The notes: generated from the sequence alone by a model not told the origin. Positions 40,367 through 50,266 are shown, counted from the first letter of the stretch. The stretch: DNA of 57,077 bases from an uncultured Syntrophobacter sp. (GCA_964539925.1 CAZILB010000003.1:2032-59108), one strand, 5' to 3'. Made by a program: numbers and translations.

Positions 40367-41014
40367 CTACCAGCGGTCCTGGCCCATTGCCCAGCGGTCT
40401 AGGCTGGCGAGATACTCGCGGAACAATACCATGCGCATGGCCACCGCGCGGCGCACACGGTCCTGGCGCTCCTCCGTGGCGGCGTAGCGCTTGAGAAATT
40501 CCTGCGGCACGCGGCCGTGACCTTCTTCGTCCTGAGTAATGCGCCGATAGGGCTGCTTGATCCATTCCGGCACTTGAGGCGATTTGAGGCACATTTGTAT
40601 GAGGTAGTTGGCGACGGTTTCACCGGCCAGCGACAGGCCCGCGATGCGCTCGCAAGTATCGCCCAGCCCTTCCATGGCGTTGAACATGGCGATCTGAGCC
40701 GGCAACGGTTGATAATCGAAGGGATCCGCGCCCAAATCACGGATGCGTTTGCTCAAAAGCTGCGCGTGTTCCATTTCTTCATGCGCCGATTCCGCCATCG
40801 TCGCCTTGACATCCAGCTCCGGCGTGGTCTTGAGCCAACCGCCGAAAAGATCGGCGGCGCGGAGCTCGTTGAACAAGCGGCTCTTCATCACCCGTATGCG
40901 CTCCTCGTCCGTGCGCAGCGGCACGTAGCAATAAGCCGGCGGATTGGCATCCAGCGCCCGGCAAAATTCATGCACCGGAGCCAGGATTTCTTTCAAAAAC
41001 TCTTCCGTATTCAT
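40367..41014 (-). CDS. Ferritin-like di-iron carboxylate protein
   Basis: NELRAA, EEMEH, AGE, DEEGH (E..ExxH..E..ExxH). Confidence 0.8.
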   Translation of the reverse strand: MNTEEFLKEILAPVHEFCRALDANPPAYCYVPLRTDEERIRVMKSRLFNELRAADLFGGWLKTTPELDVKATMAESAHEEMEHAQLLSKRIRDLGADPFDYQPLPAQIAMFNAMEGLGDTCERIAGLSLAGETVANYLIQMCLKSPQVPEWIKQPYRRITQDEEGHGRVPQEFLKRYAATEERQDRVRRAVAMRMVLFREYLASLDRWAMGQDRW

Positions 41015-41066
41015 AATCCACCCCAAGTGATACCACTTTAGAAAAGCCAGCCGTTCGAACCGTTTT

Positions 41067-41093
41067 CTAAACGACTGGAACGATTGGTAATAC
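41067..41093. repeat. Second copy of the 9-bp repeat family
   Basis: CTAAACGAC TGGAACGAT TGGTAATAC; shares AACGACTGGAACGATT with 35651-35666. Confidence 0.6.
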
Positions 41094-41101
41094 CCCGTCT
41101 T

Positions 41102-41818
41102 TCACACCCGCCACCCTTTCTGCGAAATGTCGATGCCGTTGCCCTCGGGGTCGCGCACGCGATACTCGGCGAAGGGAATGCGCGACGGCCGCGCCGCACC
41201 GCGGTGTCCTCCGGCCTTCTCCGCCCTGACTTGCATCTCTTCGTTGCTCCGAACGTGAAATCCAAAATGGTGGAGGCCGATCGGCTCCTCCTCCCGCTTG
41301 TACAATAATGCGAGGTTGCAATAGCCGTCGGAAACGAAGATCGACGTGCGATCGGTTTTTTCCACTTCCTTCATGTCGAAAACTTTGCAGTAAAAATCAG
41401 CCATTCGCCGCGGCTCGGGAGTGTAGAGAGCGATGTGTCGGATTGGGACCGGCCGCTTCTGGTAGGCCGCGTCAAAAGCCCTTCGGCAGATGCCGACGCG
41501 ATTGCCGTCGGGATCGCGAAGCTCATACTCGATGCCCACGGGCGAATTCCCGACTTCGGTCATATTCAAGTGCGGCGGATCGACATAGGACAATTTTTTT
41601 TGCATAGACTCCACGCGAACGGTATCGAAGCTCAGATTTCTGAGCCCCCGCTTCTCCGCGTCCGCGCCGGCGACCAGGGCCAAATTAAAAACGCCGTCCG
41701 AGAGAACCACCGCGTCCTTCCGTTCGTCAATTTTTTCCAATTCGAACACATCCTCATAAAACGCTGAAAGGCGATTCGGATCTTCGGCGGCGATGACCAG
41801 TTGACGCAGTTCGGGCAT
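41102..41818 (-). CDS. Two-domain VOC/glyoxalase family protein
   Basis: Internal duplication: SDGVFNLALV/SDGYCNLALL, RDPDGN/RDPEGN; IRHIAL, HHFGF. Confidence 0.88.
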   Translation of the reverse strand: MPELRQLVIAAEDPNRLSAFYEDVFELEKIDERKDAVVLSDGVFNLALVAGADAEKRGLRNLSFDTVRVESMQKKLSYVDPPHLNMTEVGNSPVGIEYELRDPDGNRVGICRRAFDAAYQKRPVPIRHIALYTPEPRRMADFYCKVFDMKEVEKTDRTSIFVSDGYCNLALLYKREEEPIGLHHFGFHVRSNEEMQVRAEKAGGHRGAARPSRIPFAEYRVRDPEGNGIDISQKGWRV

Positions 41819-41877
41819 AGAATCGAGTTCTCTCGAGGTCGGAAGTAGCCGTAGCCTAACACAGATGGCTATACAAA

Positions 41878-44400
41878 TTACAGGAACGCAGGACTTTCTC
41901 GACGTTCCGGATAATAGTTTTCGGGCACCTCGTCGGTAAGCCTAAATGGCAGGACCAGACTGAAGACGCTTCCGACGCCGACTTCGCTCGCCAGGCGAAT
42001 ATCGCCGCCCAGCGCTTTGGCCAATTTCCGGCAGAGGCACAATCCCACTCCCGTGCCGCCATAGCGCCGCGTCGAGGTTCCGTCCAGTTGGCGAAAATCC
42101 TCAAAAATGACGTTTTGATCTTCTTTTCTTATTCCGATGCCTGTGTCCGCAACGGCAATTTCCAATAGCCCGCCGGGTGTTTCGCCCCGTGTTTGGACCG
42201 AAAGTTCGATCCTTCCCTTTTCGGTAAACTTAACGGCGTTGGTCAGCAGTTCCACCAGGATCTGCTGCAGTTTTTGTCCATCGCTCTCGACGGTTTCCGG
42301 CGCCAACGCCATCTCGATGCTAAATTGGATCGGGCGCTGGCGAATAAGCCTAGGCGCTATGATCTCCAATCCTCGGAGCATCTCCTTGAGCTGGACCGGC
42401 TCGGCCAGTGCCGATGGGTTATCCACCTCCATGCGCGAAAAATTCATCAGGTTGTCCATCAGACTTGACAGCTCTTGGCCGTTTTCAATCATCCGGTTCA
42501 AGATTTCGCGCGCGGACAGGGGCAAATCAAACTCGCGCAACACTTCGCCGTAGCCGATGACCGTGCTAACCGGCGTGCGCAGCTCATGGCAGATATTGGC
42601 GACGAAATCTTTCTTGATGCGATCCATCTCGCGGAGTTTGCGGTTGCTCGCCTCGGCCCTTTGATAAGCGTCGACGGATTCCTCGTAGAGCCGGCCGTTT
42701 TCAAGCGAAAGAGCCAATTGGTCGGCGAGCGTTCCGAGCAGCCGAAAATCCTCTGCGCTATACTCCCTGCCCGAGCGCTTGGCGCCGAACGCCACGACAC
42801 CGTTGATCTGCCGTTCATACACGAGCGGTACCAGGAGCTCGGCTTGACAGCGATCGAAGACACGGAGCACGGCGGTTTGTTTGCCGGCATAGCTTGGGTC
42901 ATTTTTGACCTCGCCCCGGGCCACCCCGCGGTAATCCCCCGCGGACCAGATATCTTCTAGTTCAGAGGCCGGAGCGAGAATTTCCTGCAGGCCGGCGTCT
43001 ACGAGGTCGGGGCCGACAACGAGCGGATGCTTCGAATCCCTGGGCTGATAGACAATGATCGCGTTTGTGATTCCGAGGTGATGGGTGGCTCGATCGAGGA
43101 ACCCCTTGGCCAAAGCTGCGGCATTGTCGAGCCGGCGCAGGTACAGACTGACCTCCTGTTGCACCTCCGCGGGATCGTACTCCTGGCGGAATATATAGCG
43201 ATCCACCATTCCCTCAAGCCAACGGAGCAGAGGATTGAACAAGGCGATGACGAAGATCGAAAAGAAGATCGGTACCAAGGGACCGCCGGCATAAGCGCCG
43301 ATCCACGGCGCGAGCAGGAACGCGAGCACCGCGTAGAACGCTACTAAAGAAGCCAAGAGGGCAACCCGGCTCAGGCCGATTCTCAAGGCGTTGCCGAGAT
43401 CAAATAGGCGGTATTTCAACAATGCGTAAGCGACCGATATGGGGAAAAACACCGTGGGGATCAGCGCCAGATTGTAGGCGATTTGAAAGCGCGTCGTCGC
43501 GGCCAAAACCGCCGCCAAGGCGGGCAAAAGAAATCCCAAGAGCGCGCCTACGAACATAACGCGCAAGCGCGATCGATCAAGATCGGACTCGCTCCGCCGC
43601 AGCGCCAGGCCCGTCAATACCAGGAAACTCGCGGCGCCGACAAAGATATAAATGTAATTAACGCGAAACACCTGAATCCAGGCCGGCAGCGGACCGAAAA
43701 ACGCGGCGCTATTAAAAATTCCGAGCGCAACACCAGCGGTGTAGATCACCGCCACAAGCGACCGCCGAACCGATGGCCTCGAGGTGCCGCCGCTCAACAT
43801 CAAGGCCAGGTGAATCGCTGCGCTGGGTGTAAGGGAAAGGGCCAAGAGGCGGAGCTCCTTCGGCAGCATGCCCTCACTCAAGAAATCGAAGGTCGTCTGG
43901 AACCAAACGAACACCGTCAACACCATGAAGCACAAAGGCAGCGCCACCGGCGACGAGGCGCGAAAGAAATACGGCGCAACCCCAATCACCAGAAACGCCA
44001 GGCCGATGATGCTGTAAATGCCGAAGCTGAATAGCCAATCCCGCAGGGAGAAGTTTGTTGTCGGGATACTCAACTCCAGGGCGCGCCCGTCGCGGAGCAC
44101 TTGATAACGCACCGCGTCGCCGAGGGGAGTCCGCCGGACGAGATCGTAGAGTTCGCGCCGGCTGTCAAGATCACGGCCATTGACGCGAAGGATCCGATCC
44201 AGCGATCTCAGCCCGGCATCGGCGCCCGGCCAACCGGGCAAATAATAGGGTCCGACGGTCAAATTTTCATGGACGAAAAAACCAGGAAACGGCTGATGAA
44301 TCCACCGTGCCGAAACAAAAAAGAATTGGCCGACGAGAAGAGTGCCGAGAACACCGCTGAGCACGAGCAGCAAGCATCTTGGCCAGGCGCGTTGACCCAT
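41878..44400 (-). CDS. Sensor histidine kinase: PDZ + multi-TM + GAF + HisKA + HATPase
   Basis: AGLRSLDRILRVNG (PDZ), ~9 TM segments, LVPL..G..YSAED..L..LA (GAF), HELRTP, NAVKFT, DTGIG, GTGVGL. Confidence 0.9.
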   Translation of the reverse strand: MGQRAWPRCLLLVLSGVLGTLLVGQFFFVSARWIHQPFPGFFVHENLTVGPYYLPGWPGADAGLRSLDRILRVNGRDLDSRRELYDLVRRTPLGDAVRYQVLRDGRALELSIPTTNFSLRDWLFSFGIYSIIGLAFLVIGVAPYFFRASSPVALPLCFMVLTVFVWFQTTFDFLSEGMLPKELRLLALSLTPSAAIHLALMLSGGTSRPSVRRSLVAVIYTAGVALGIFNSAAFFGPLPAWIQVFRVNYIYIFVGAASFLVLTGLALRRSESDLDRSRLRVMFVGALLGFLLPALAAVLAATTRFQIAYNLALIPTVFFPISVAYALLKYRLFDLGNALRIGLSRVALLASLVAFYAVLAFLLAPWIGAYAGGPLVPIFFSIFVIALFNPLLRWLEGMVDRYIFRQEYDPAEVQQEVSLYLRRLDNAAALAKGFLDRATHHLGITNAIIVYQPRDSKHPLVVGPDLVDAGLQEILAPASELEDIWSAGDYRGVARGEVKNDPSYAGKQTAVLRVFDRCQAELLVPLVYERQINGVVAFGAKRSGREYSAEDFRLLGTLADQLALSLENGRLYEESVDAYQRAEASNRKLREMDRIKKDFVANICHELRTPVSTVIGYGEVLREFDLPLSAREILNRMIENGQELSSLMDNLMNFSRMEVDNPSALAEPVQLKEMLRGLEIIAPRLIRQRPIQFSIEMALAPETVESDGQKLQQILVELLTNAVKFTEKGRIELSVQTRGETPGGLLEIAVADTGIGIRKEDQNVIFEDFRQLDGTSTRRYGGTGVGLCLCRKLAKALGGDIRLASEVGVGSVFSLVLPFRLTDEVPENYYPERRESPAFL

Positions 44401-44551
44401 GGGATCCCTCCTCGCAAGCGAGCCTTCAACCCACCCGCATCTATCAAGCCGAGTCGAAGGCTGTCAAGGCGGCGGGAAAATTGAGTACTCCCATGACCGT
44501 CGAATCGCAGCCCTAAATCGCAGACGCACCGGTCCGTCTCATCCAGCGCTT

Positions 44552-45076
44552 CTACACCTTGGCAATGATTTCGCTCGGCAGCACCAGGCGCGTCTCACGT
44601 CCGAGAATCTCCAAGAGAACCGCCACGCGTTCGCTGCCTTTGAGCTGGCCTTGAAACACCGCTTCGAGGCCGGCAAACGGCCCTTCTTGGATGCGCACGA
44701 CATCGCCGGGTTTCGCCGCCACCGGATCGATCGCCGCAACACCGTCCGGACAGCGTCCCCGCAGGGATTGAATAATTTCGTCGCCGACTTCCGCCACGCG
44801 GTTGCCGAAGGTTAGAAAATCCTTTACGCCCGGCGAATAGCGCACGGCCTTGCCGGAGATAAGCATATCCAACCGGCAAAAAAGGTAGCCGGGAAAAAGC
44901 GGCGCCAATACCCATTGAAAACGGCTACCGATGCGCCGCCGCGTACGCATCCACGGCAGAAACGCTTCCAGCCCCAAATTCTTGAGCCGTCTCTCCGCCT
45001 CTCTTTCCCGATTGACTTTGCTTCGAATCGCGTACCATCGCAAGCCGGGTTCGAACTGCAAAGATGCCTGTGTCAT
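44552..45076 (-). CDS. NusG paralogue (RfaH/UpxY/LoaP-type transcription antiterminator)
   Basis: WYAIRSK..E, PLFPGYLF, PGV, KOW PGDVVRIQEGPFAG; not next to secE/rplK. Confidence 0.88.
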   Translation of the reverse strand: MTQASLQFEPGLRWYAIRSKVNREREAERRLKNLGLEAFLPWMRTRRRIGSRFQWVLAPLFPGYLFCRLDMLISGKAVRYSPGVKDFLTFGNRVAEVGDEIIQSLRGRCPDGVAAIDPVAAKPGDVVRIQEGPFAGLEAVFQGQLKGSERVAVLLEILGRETRLVLPSEIIAKV

Positions 45077-45126
45077 TGTTTTAATGTCCCGTGTTCATAT
45101 CGTTAATAGTCGTCGCCCAATCAGGG

Positions 45127-45156
45127 AGTTTAGCACGAGCATGTTTTGCATGGCAA
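45127..45156 (-). promoter_or_regulatory. Putative sigma70 promoter of the NusG paralogue
   Basis: Minus strand TTGCCA-N18-TAAACT with extended TG. Confidence 0.4.
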
Positions 45157-45329
45157 AAATGCGCGGCGCAAAGCCCGCTTCCTTCCCCGGGGAAATTTCT
45201 TGACTTTCGGGGAAAATAACGGTTCAATACTGTCAGCACGGCATCGGTGAATGAACATCGGGTCATATTGATCGTCTAACGATTGGAAGGGCTAAGGGCT
45301 AGCCGACCACAACGAAACAAGGAGGTCGC

Positions 45330-45419
45330 ATGCAAGCCGCAAAATTCACCAAGTTCACCGCCGCTCCCCGCGTCCCGGCTTCTGCCGCCTCTAGCCGCTG
45401 TTTGCTCCGCATAAGGTGA
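45330..45419 (+). CDS. Putative 29-aa leader/small ORF upstream of prkA
   Basis: AAGGAGGT RBS; MQAAKFTKFTAAPRVPASAASSRCLLRIR*. Confidence 0.35.
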   Translation: MQAAKFTKFTAAPRVPASAASSRCLLRIR

Positions 45420-45575
45420 TGCACGCAAGAAGCGAAGTGCGTTCGATCCTGTCACGTTTATTTCTAAATTTACGCTGCTTCGATATTTTGCCAGTGCGCG
45501 CTGCGCTTCGTCCCGTTTGCTCGACCGTCGTAATACGCTTTGATCAAAGCGATTCCACTAAGGGAGGCTGTTGGA

Positions 45576-47510
45576 ATGGACCATAACAAGGACTTCGAAA
45601 AACTGATCAAGTCCGACCGGGACTTGCACCAAAGCGGTGCTTGGAAAGGCAACCTGCTCGGTTACCTCGAAAAGGTCAGAAGCGATCCATCGATCGCCAA
45701 GCTCGCTCATGCCCGTCTCTACGATGTCATTATCAAAGCCGGCGCCCGCGACATTCACGAAGACCGTGATCCCCGAGTCAAGCGCCTCTACAAAGACGAA
45801 TCGGTAAAACTTTACAACTTCTTCTCGGACGAATTTTTCGGCATCGAGAAAACCATCGCGCACATCGTACGTTACCTGCACGCCGCATCCCTCAAGGGCG
45901 AAGAGAGCCGCCAGGTGCTTTACCTGATGGGGCCGGTCGGCTCGGGCAAAAGCTCCCTGGTGGAAAAACTCCACCGCGGCCTGGAGGAGTCCGAACCGAT
46001 TTACGCCATCGAGGGCTGCCCGATGTTCGAGCAGCCCTTGCACCTGATCCCGCGTCATTTGCGCAAGGAGTTCGAAAAGATGCTCGGCCTCCACATCGAG
46101 GGCGATCTTTGTCCCGTGTGCCGATACCGGCTGCAGCACGACTATGCGGGCAAGTATGAAGAATTCCCCGTTGTCACCGTGGAGTTTTCCAAGCGTGCGC
46201 GCGTCGGTATCGGCGTCGTGCCGCCCGTGGACCCCAACAACCAGGACACCTCGGTCTTGATCGGCAGTGAGGATATTTCCAAGCTCGACCTCTATTCGGA
46301 AGGCGATCCGCGCGTGCTCGAGCTTAACGGCGCGCTGAACGTCGGCAATCGCGGCATCGTCGAGTTTATTGAAGTATTTAAAAACGAAATTGAGTATCTG
46401 CACTGCATGATCACGGCGACGCAGGAAAAAGTCGTGCCCGCGCCGGGGCGTCACGGGCTGGTGTACGTCGACACGGTGATCGTCGCCCACTCCAACGAGG
46501 CGGAATGGCAGAAATTCAAAGCCGATCACACCAACGAGGCGATTCTCGACCGGATCGTCGTCATCCGCGTACCTTATAACTTGCGGCTCTCGGAAGAAGT
46601 AAAAATCTACCAGAAAATTATCCGCAATTCGGACTTCCGCGCCCATGTGTCGCCCCACACACTGGAAATTGCGTCCATGTTCGCGATTCTGTCGCGGCTT
46701 GAGCCCACGGCCAAGTGCGATCTCATGACCAAGCTCAAACTCTATAACGGCGAAGAAGTCGTCGAGAAAGGCCGGACGAAAAAAGTCGATGTGCAGGAGC
46801 TGCGCGACGCCTCCAAACGCGAAGGGATGTCCGGCATCTCGACGCGCTTTATCATGAAGGCGCTGGATAACGCCCTATCGGACAACACTGCCGGCAACTG
46901 CATCAATCCGATCAACGTGCGGGAAGCCCTGATTAATATGGTCAAGGACGCGGACCTGCCCGACGATACCCGCAAGCAATACCTGGAGTTCCTCCAGGAT
47001 ACGCTGCACAAGGAATATCTGGAGGTTCTCGAAAAAGAGATCACCCGCGCTTTCGTCTACTCCTACCAGGAGCAGGCCGAAACGCTGTTCCAGAACTACT
47101 TGGATCACGCCGAGGCCTACGTCAACAAGAGCAAGGTCAAAGACCGCAACACCAAGGAGGAGCTGACGCCTGACGAGGGCTTCATGAAATCCATCGAAGA
47201 ACAGATCGCCATTATTGGATCGGCCGCCGACGGCTTCCGCCAGGAGGTCATCGCCTATCTATGGGCGGCTAACCGCCGCGGCGAAAAGATCGATTATCGG
47301 AGCTACGAGCCGCTCAAAGAAGCCGTCGAGAAGAAACTGGTGACATCCGTGCGCGACCTGAGCCGGGTGATCACCAAAGCTCGCATGCGCGACGAAGAGC
47401 AATCGGAGAAATATGACGCCATGGTGAAAAACCTGCTCGAAAACGGCTATTGCGCGAGCTGCGTCGACGTGGTGCTCAAGTACGCCGCCAATAATCTCTG
47501 GAAAGACTGA
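45576..47510 (+). CDS. prkA: PrkA/YeaG AAA+ family serine kinase
   Basis: FFG, GPVGSGKS, GNRGIVEFIE, AHSNE, RIV..VPY, GISTR; GGGAGG RBS. Confidence 0.95.
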   Translation: MDHNKDFEKLIKSDRDLHQSGAWKGNLLGYLEKVRSDPSIAKLAHARLYDVIIKAGARDIHEDRDPRVKRLYKDESVKLYNFFSDEFFGIEKTIAHIVRYLHAASLKGEESRQVLYLMGPVGSGKSSLVEKLHRGLEESEPIYAIEGCPMFEQPLHLIPRHLRKEFEKMLGLHIEGDLCPVCRYRLQHDYAGKYEEFPVVTVEFSKRARVGIGVVPPVDPNNQDTSVLIGSEDISKLDLYSEGDPRVLELNGALNVGNRGIVEFIEVFKNEIEYLHCMITATQEKVVPAPGRHGLVYVDTVIVAHSNEAEWQKFKADHTNEAILDRIVVIRVPYNLRLSEEVKIYQKIIRNSDFRAHVSPHTLEIASMFAILSRLEPTAKCDLMTKLKLYNGEEVVEKGRTKKVDVQELRDASKREGMSGISTRFIMKALDNALSDNTAGNCINPINVREALINMVKDADLPDDTRKQYLEFLQDTLHKEYLEVLEKEITRAFVYSYQEQAETLFQNYLDHAEAYVNKSKVKDRNTKEELTPDEGFMKSIEEQIAIIGSAADGFRQEVIAYLWAANRRGEKIDYRSYEPLKEAVEKKLVTSVRDLSRVITKARMRDEEQSEKYDAMVKNLLENGYCASCVDVVLKYAANNLWKD

Positions 47511-47557
47511 GGCCGGGGCTCCCTCGAGGCTTTTCATGAATCAAAGGTGAGATCGCC

Positions 47558-48739
47558 GTGAACACGATCTTCCGGCCCTACAACCCCTCTTCCGGCCAGC
47601 GCAGCGACCGCAGCGCGTCGGATCGCCTGCGCCATCGGCAAAAAATCCGCGAGGCGATCCGCAACAACATCAGCGATATCATCGCCGAAGAGTCGATTAT
47701 CGGCAAAGACCACAACCGGATCATCAAGGTTCCCATCCGCGGCGTGCGCGAATACCGTTTTGTTTACGGCGACAACGCCCCCGGCGTCGGCCAGGGCGGT
47801 GACGGCGAGCCGCAGCCGGGCCAGATCGTCGGCCAGGGAAAGGACGGCAAGGCGGGCCAGCAGGCCGGCGACCGTCCCGGCGTCGACTACTACGAAACCG
47901 ACGTAAGCCTCGATGAGCTGATCGACCTGATGTTCGAGGATCTGGAGCTGCCCGACCTTGAACGCAAGCGGCTGCGGCAGGTGGAGATCGAGCGGCAATA
48001 CCGCCACAAGGGCTATCGCCGCAAAGGCATCCGCGTTCGACTGGATAAGAAGCGCACGGCGCGCTCGCGGGTGAAGCGAAAAATGGCGACCCAGCGCCTG
48101 CACCTGCCGGCATCCAAAAGCGGCCGCTTTCCGTTTCACCAGGATGATTTGCGCTACCACCGCACGATCACCGACACGCGCCAGGAATCCAACGCCGTCG
48201 TGCTCTGCATCATGGATACGTCGGGCTCCATGGATACCATGAAGAAATATCTGGCGCGCAGCTTTTTCTTCCTGTTATACCGGTTTATTTGCACACGTTA
48301 CCAAAACGTGGAGATCGTTTTCATCGCCCATCACACCGAGGCTCAGGAAGTCACCGAGGAAGAGTTTTTTCATAAAGGCGAATCCGGCGGCACGTTCATT
48401 TCTTCCGGCTACAACAAGGCGCTGGAGATTATCGACCAACGCTACCATCCCGGGCTTTGGAATGTTTACGTTTTTCACTGCTCCGACGGCGACAACTTCG
48501 AATCGGACAACCCGGCGGCGCTCAAGGCCGCTCAGGAGCTCGCGCGAGCGTCCAATCTTTTCGGCTACGGCGAAATCAAACCGCTCGGCTCCGGCTACTA
48601 CGGCAGCAGCATGATCACGTTTTTTACCCAGCTCAATGAACCCAACTTTCAAACCGTGCAAATTCAGAAGAAAGAAGACATCTGGACGTCGTTCAAAAGT
48701 TTCCTGGCGAAGGATCGAGCCGGTGAGGACGCCGCATAA
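47558..48739 (+). CDS. yeaH: YeaH/YhbH (DUF444) vWA-domain protein
   Basis: MDTSGSM, FIAHHTEA, ESGGT, HCSDGDN. Confidence 0.93.
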   Translation: MNTIFRPYNPSSGQRSDRSASDRLRHRQKIREAIRNNISDIIAEESIIGKDHNRIIKVPIRGVREYRFVYGDNAPGVGQGGDGEPQPGQIVGQGKDGKAGQQAGDRPGVDYYETDVSLDELIDLMFEDLELPDLERKRLRQVEIERQYRHKGYRRKGIRVRLDKKRTARSRVKRKMATQRLHLPASKSGRFPFHQDDLRYHRTITDTRQESNAVVLCIMDTSGSMDTMKKYLARSFFFLLYRFICTRYQNVEIVFIAHHTEAQEVTEEEFFHKGESGGTFISSGYNKALEIIDQRYHPGLWNVYVFHCSDGDNFESDNPAALKAAQELARASNLFGYGEIKPLGSGYYGSSMITFFTQLNEPNFQTVQIQKKEDIWTSFKSFLAKDRAGEDAA

Positions 48740-48749
48740 TCGCAAGATC

Positions 48750-50183
48750 ATGGCTGCTGTGTACGATCTCGAAGATCTCCGCCGGTGGAACGACCGCATC
48801 GTCGATTTGGTTCAACACTTCGGCCTCGATCCTTTTCCGCAGGAATTCGAGCTCTGCGATCACGAAGACATGCTCTCGTACATGGTGTATTCGGGCATGC
48901 CGTCGCACTACCCGCACTGGTCCTACGGCAAGGGCTTTGAGCGCTTGAAGACCCTTTACGATTACGGCGTCAGCGGTTTGCCTTATGAAATGGTGATCAA
49001 TTCCAATCCGTCCATCGCTTACCTCATGCGCGACAACAGCCTGGCGCTGCAAGTCCTGACCATCGCCCACGTCTACGGCCACAACGATTTCTTTAAGAAC
49101 AATTTCACCTTCCGGAGCACCCGGGCGGAATATACCATCGAGACATTCAAGAGCCACGCCAATCGCGTGCGCCACTATGTAGAAGATCCCAGCATCGGCC
49201 TGGAAAAGGTCGAACCCCTAATCGACGCCGCTCACGCCATTTCCCTTCAGTGCCGGCGCAATCTGGCAATCCGCAAAACCACCGCCGCTGAGGAGATCCA
49301 GAGGAAGATCGACGAGGCCACACCGGCCGCCGATCCCTTCAGCGCGATTCATCGGCGGCCTGACCGGCCCGAGCAGGATCTTAGCAAAGTTCCGCTTTAC
49401 CCGGACGAGGACCTCTTGATCTTCATCCGCGACCACAATCCCAACCTCGCCGAGTGGGCCAGAGATCTGTTGACCATCGTGCATGAAGAAGCGCAGTACT
49501 TCGTGCCGCAGGTTGAAACCAAGATCATGAACGAAGGTTGGGCGAGCTTCTGGCACAAGCGCATACTCGACGCTCTCAACCTTCCCCAGGATCTCCATCT
49601 CGAGTTTCTCGTGCGACATACCCAGGTGCTGCGCCCCTCTCCCGGAAGCCTCAATCCCTACCATGTCGGCATGAAAATCTGGGAAGACATCGAGAAACGC
49701 TGGAACTCTCCCAGCGAAAAGGACCGAGAAGAGTTCGGCCCGCGAACCAAAAGCGCCAGCGAAAAGTTATTCGAAGTCCGAGAGGTGGAGCGCGACGCTT
49801 CGTTTCTGCGCCGATACCTGACCGAAGACCTGATCCGCGAGCTCAATTTGTTCGAATACAAAACGCGTGGCAACGAGCAGGTGGTGACCCGCGTCGCCGA
49901 CCAGGACAATTGGAAGCAAATCAAAGAGACGCTCATTCAGAACGTCGGTACGGGCACCATCCCGGTGATCAAAGTCATCGATTCGGACTATAAGAAAAAC
50001 CGCACCCTGCTCCTCAAGCACGATCACGATGGGCGCGACCTCCAGCTCGAGTACGCCGAGAAAACCCTGCAATTCATCCAGCAGCTCTGGGATCACGACG
50101 TCGCCCTTGAAACCGTCATCGAACAGCGCCCCATCTTGCTCTCATTCGCCGACAACAAGTTGACGATCAAGCAGTCTGTCTAA
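48750..50183 (+). CDS. spoVR: SpoVR/YcgB family protein
   Basis: YPHWSYGK, YEMVINSNP, AHVYGHNDFFKNN, TKIMNEGWASFWH. Confidence 0.95.
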   Translation: MAAVYDLEDLRRWNDRIVDLVQHFGLDPFPQEFELCDHEDMLSYMVYSGMPSHYPHWSYGKGFERLKTLYDYGVSGLPYEMVINSNPSIAYLMRDNSLALQVLTIAHVYGHNDFFKNNFTFRSTRAEYTIETFKSHANRVRHYVEDPSIGLEKVEPLIDAAHAISLQCRRNLAIRKTTAAEEIQRKIDEATPAADPFSAIHRRPDRPEQDLSKVPLYPDEDLLIFIRDHNPNLAEWARDLLTIVHEEAQYFVPQVETKIMNEGWASFWHKRILDALNLPQDLHLEFLVRHTQVLRPSPGSLNPYHVGMKIWEDIEKRWNSPSEKDREEFGPRTKSASEKLFEVREVERDASFLRRYLTEDLIRELNLFEYKTRGNEQVVTRVADQDNWKQIKETLIQNVGTGTIPVIKVIDSDYKKNRTLLLKHDHDGRDLQLEYAEKTLQFIQQLWDHDVALETVIEQRPILLSFADNKLTIKQSV

Positions 50184-50266
50184 ACATCGTTCTTTCCCGC
50201 CCGAAGCCTACGTCCGCTTGCCAAACCGCGAGCCTCGTGCGACTAATTTGCGGTAGAAGTCACGTG

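Noticed and set aside
45077-45330. ops element or sigma54 promoter in the NusG-paralogue/prkA divergent region
   Set aside because: No GGCGGTAG and no correctly spaced TGGCAC-N5-TTGC found
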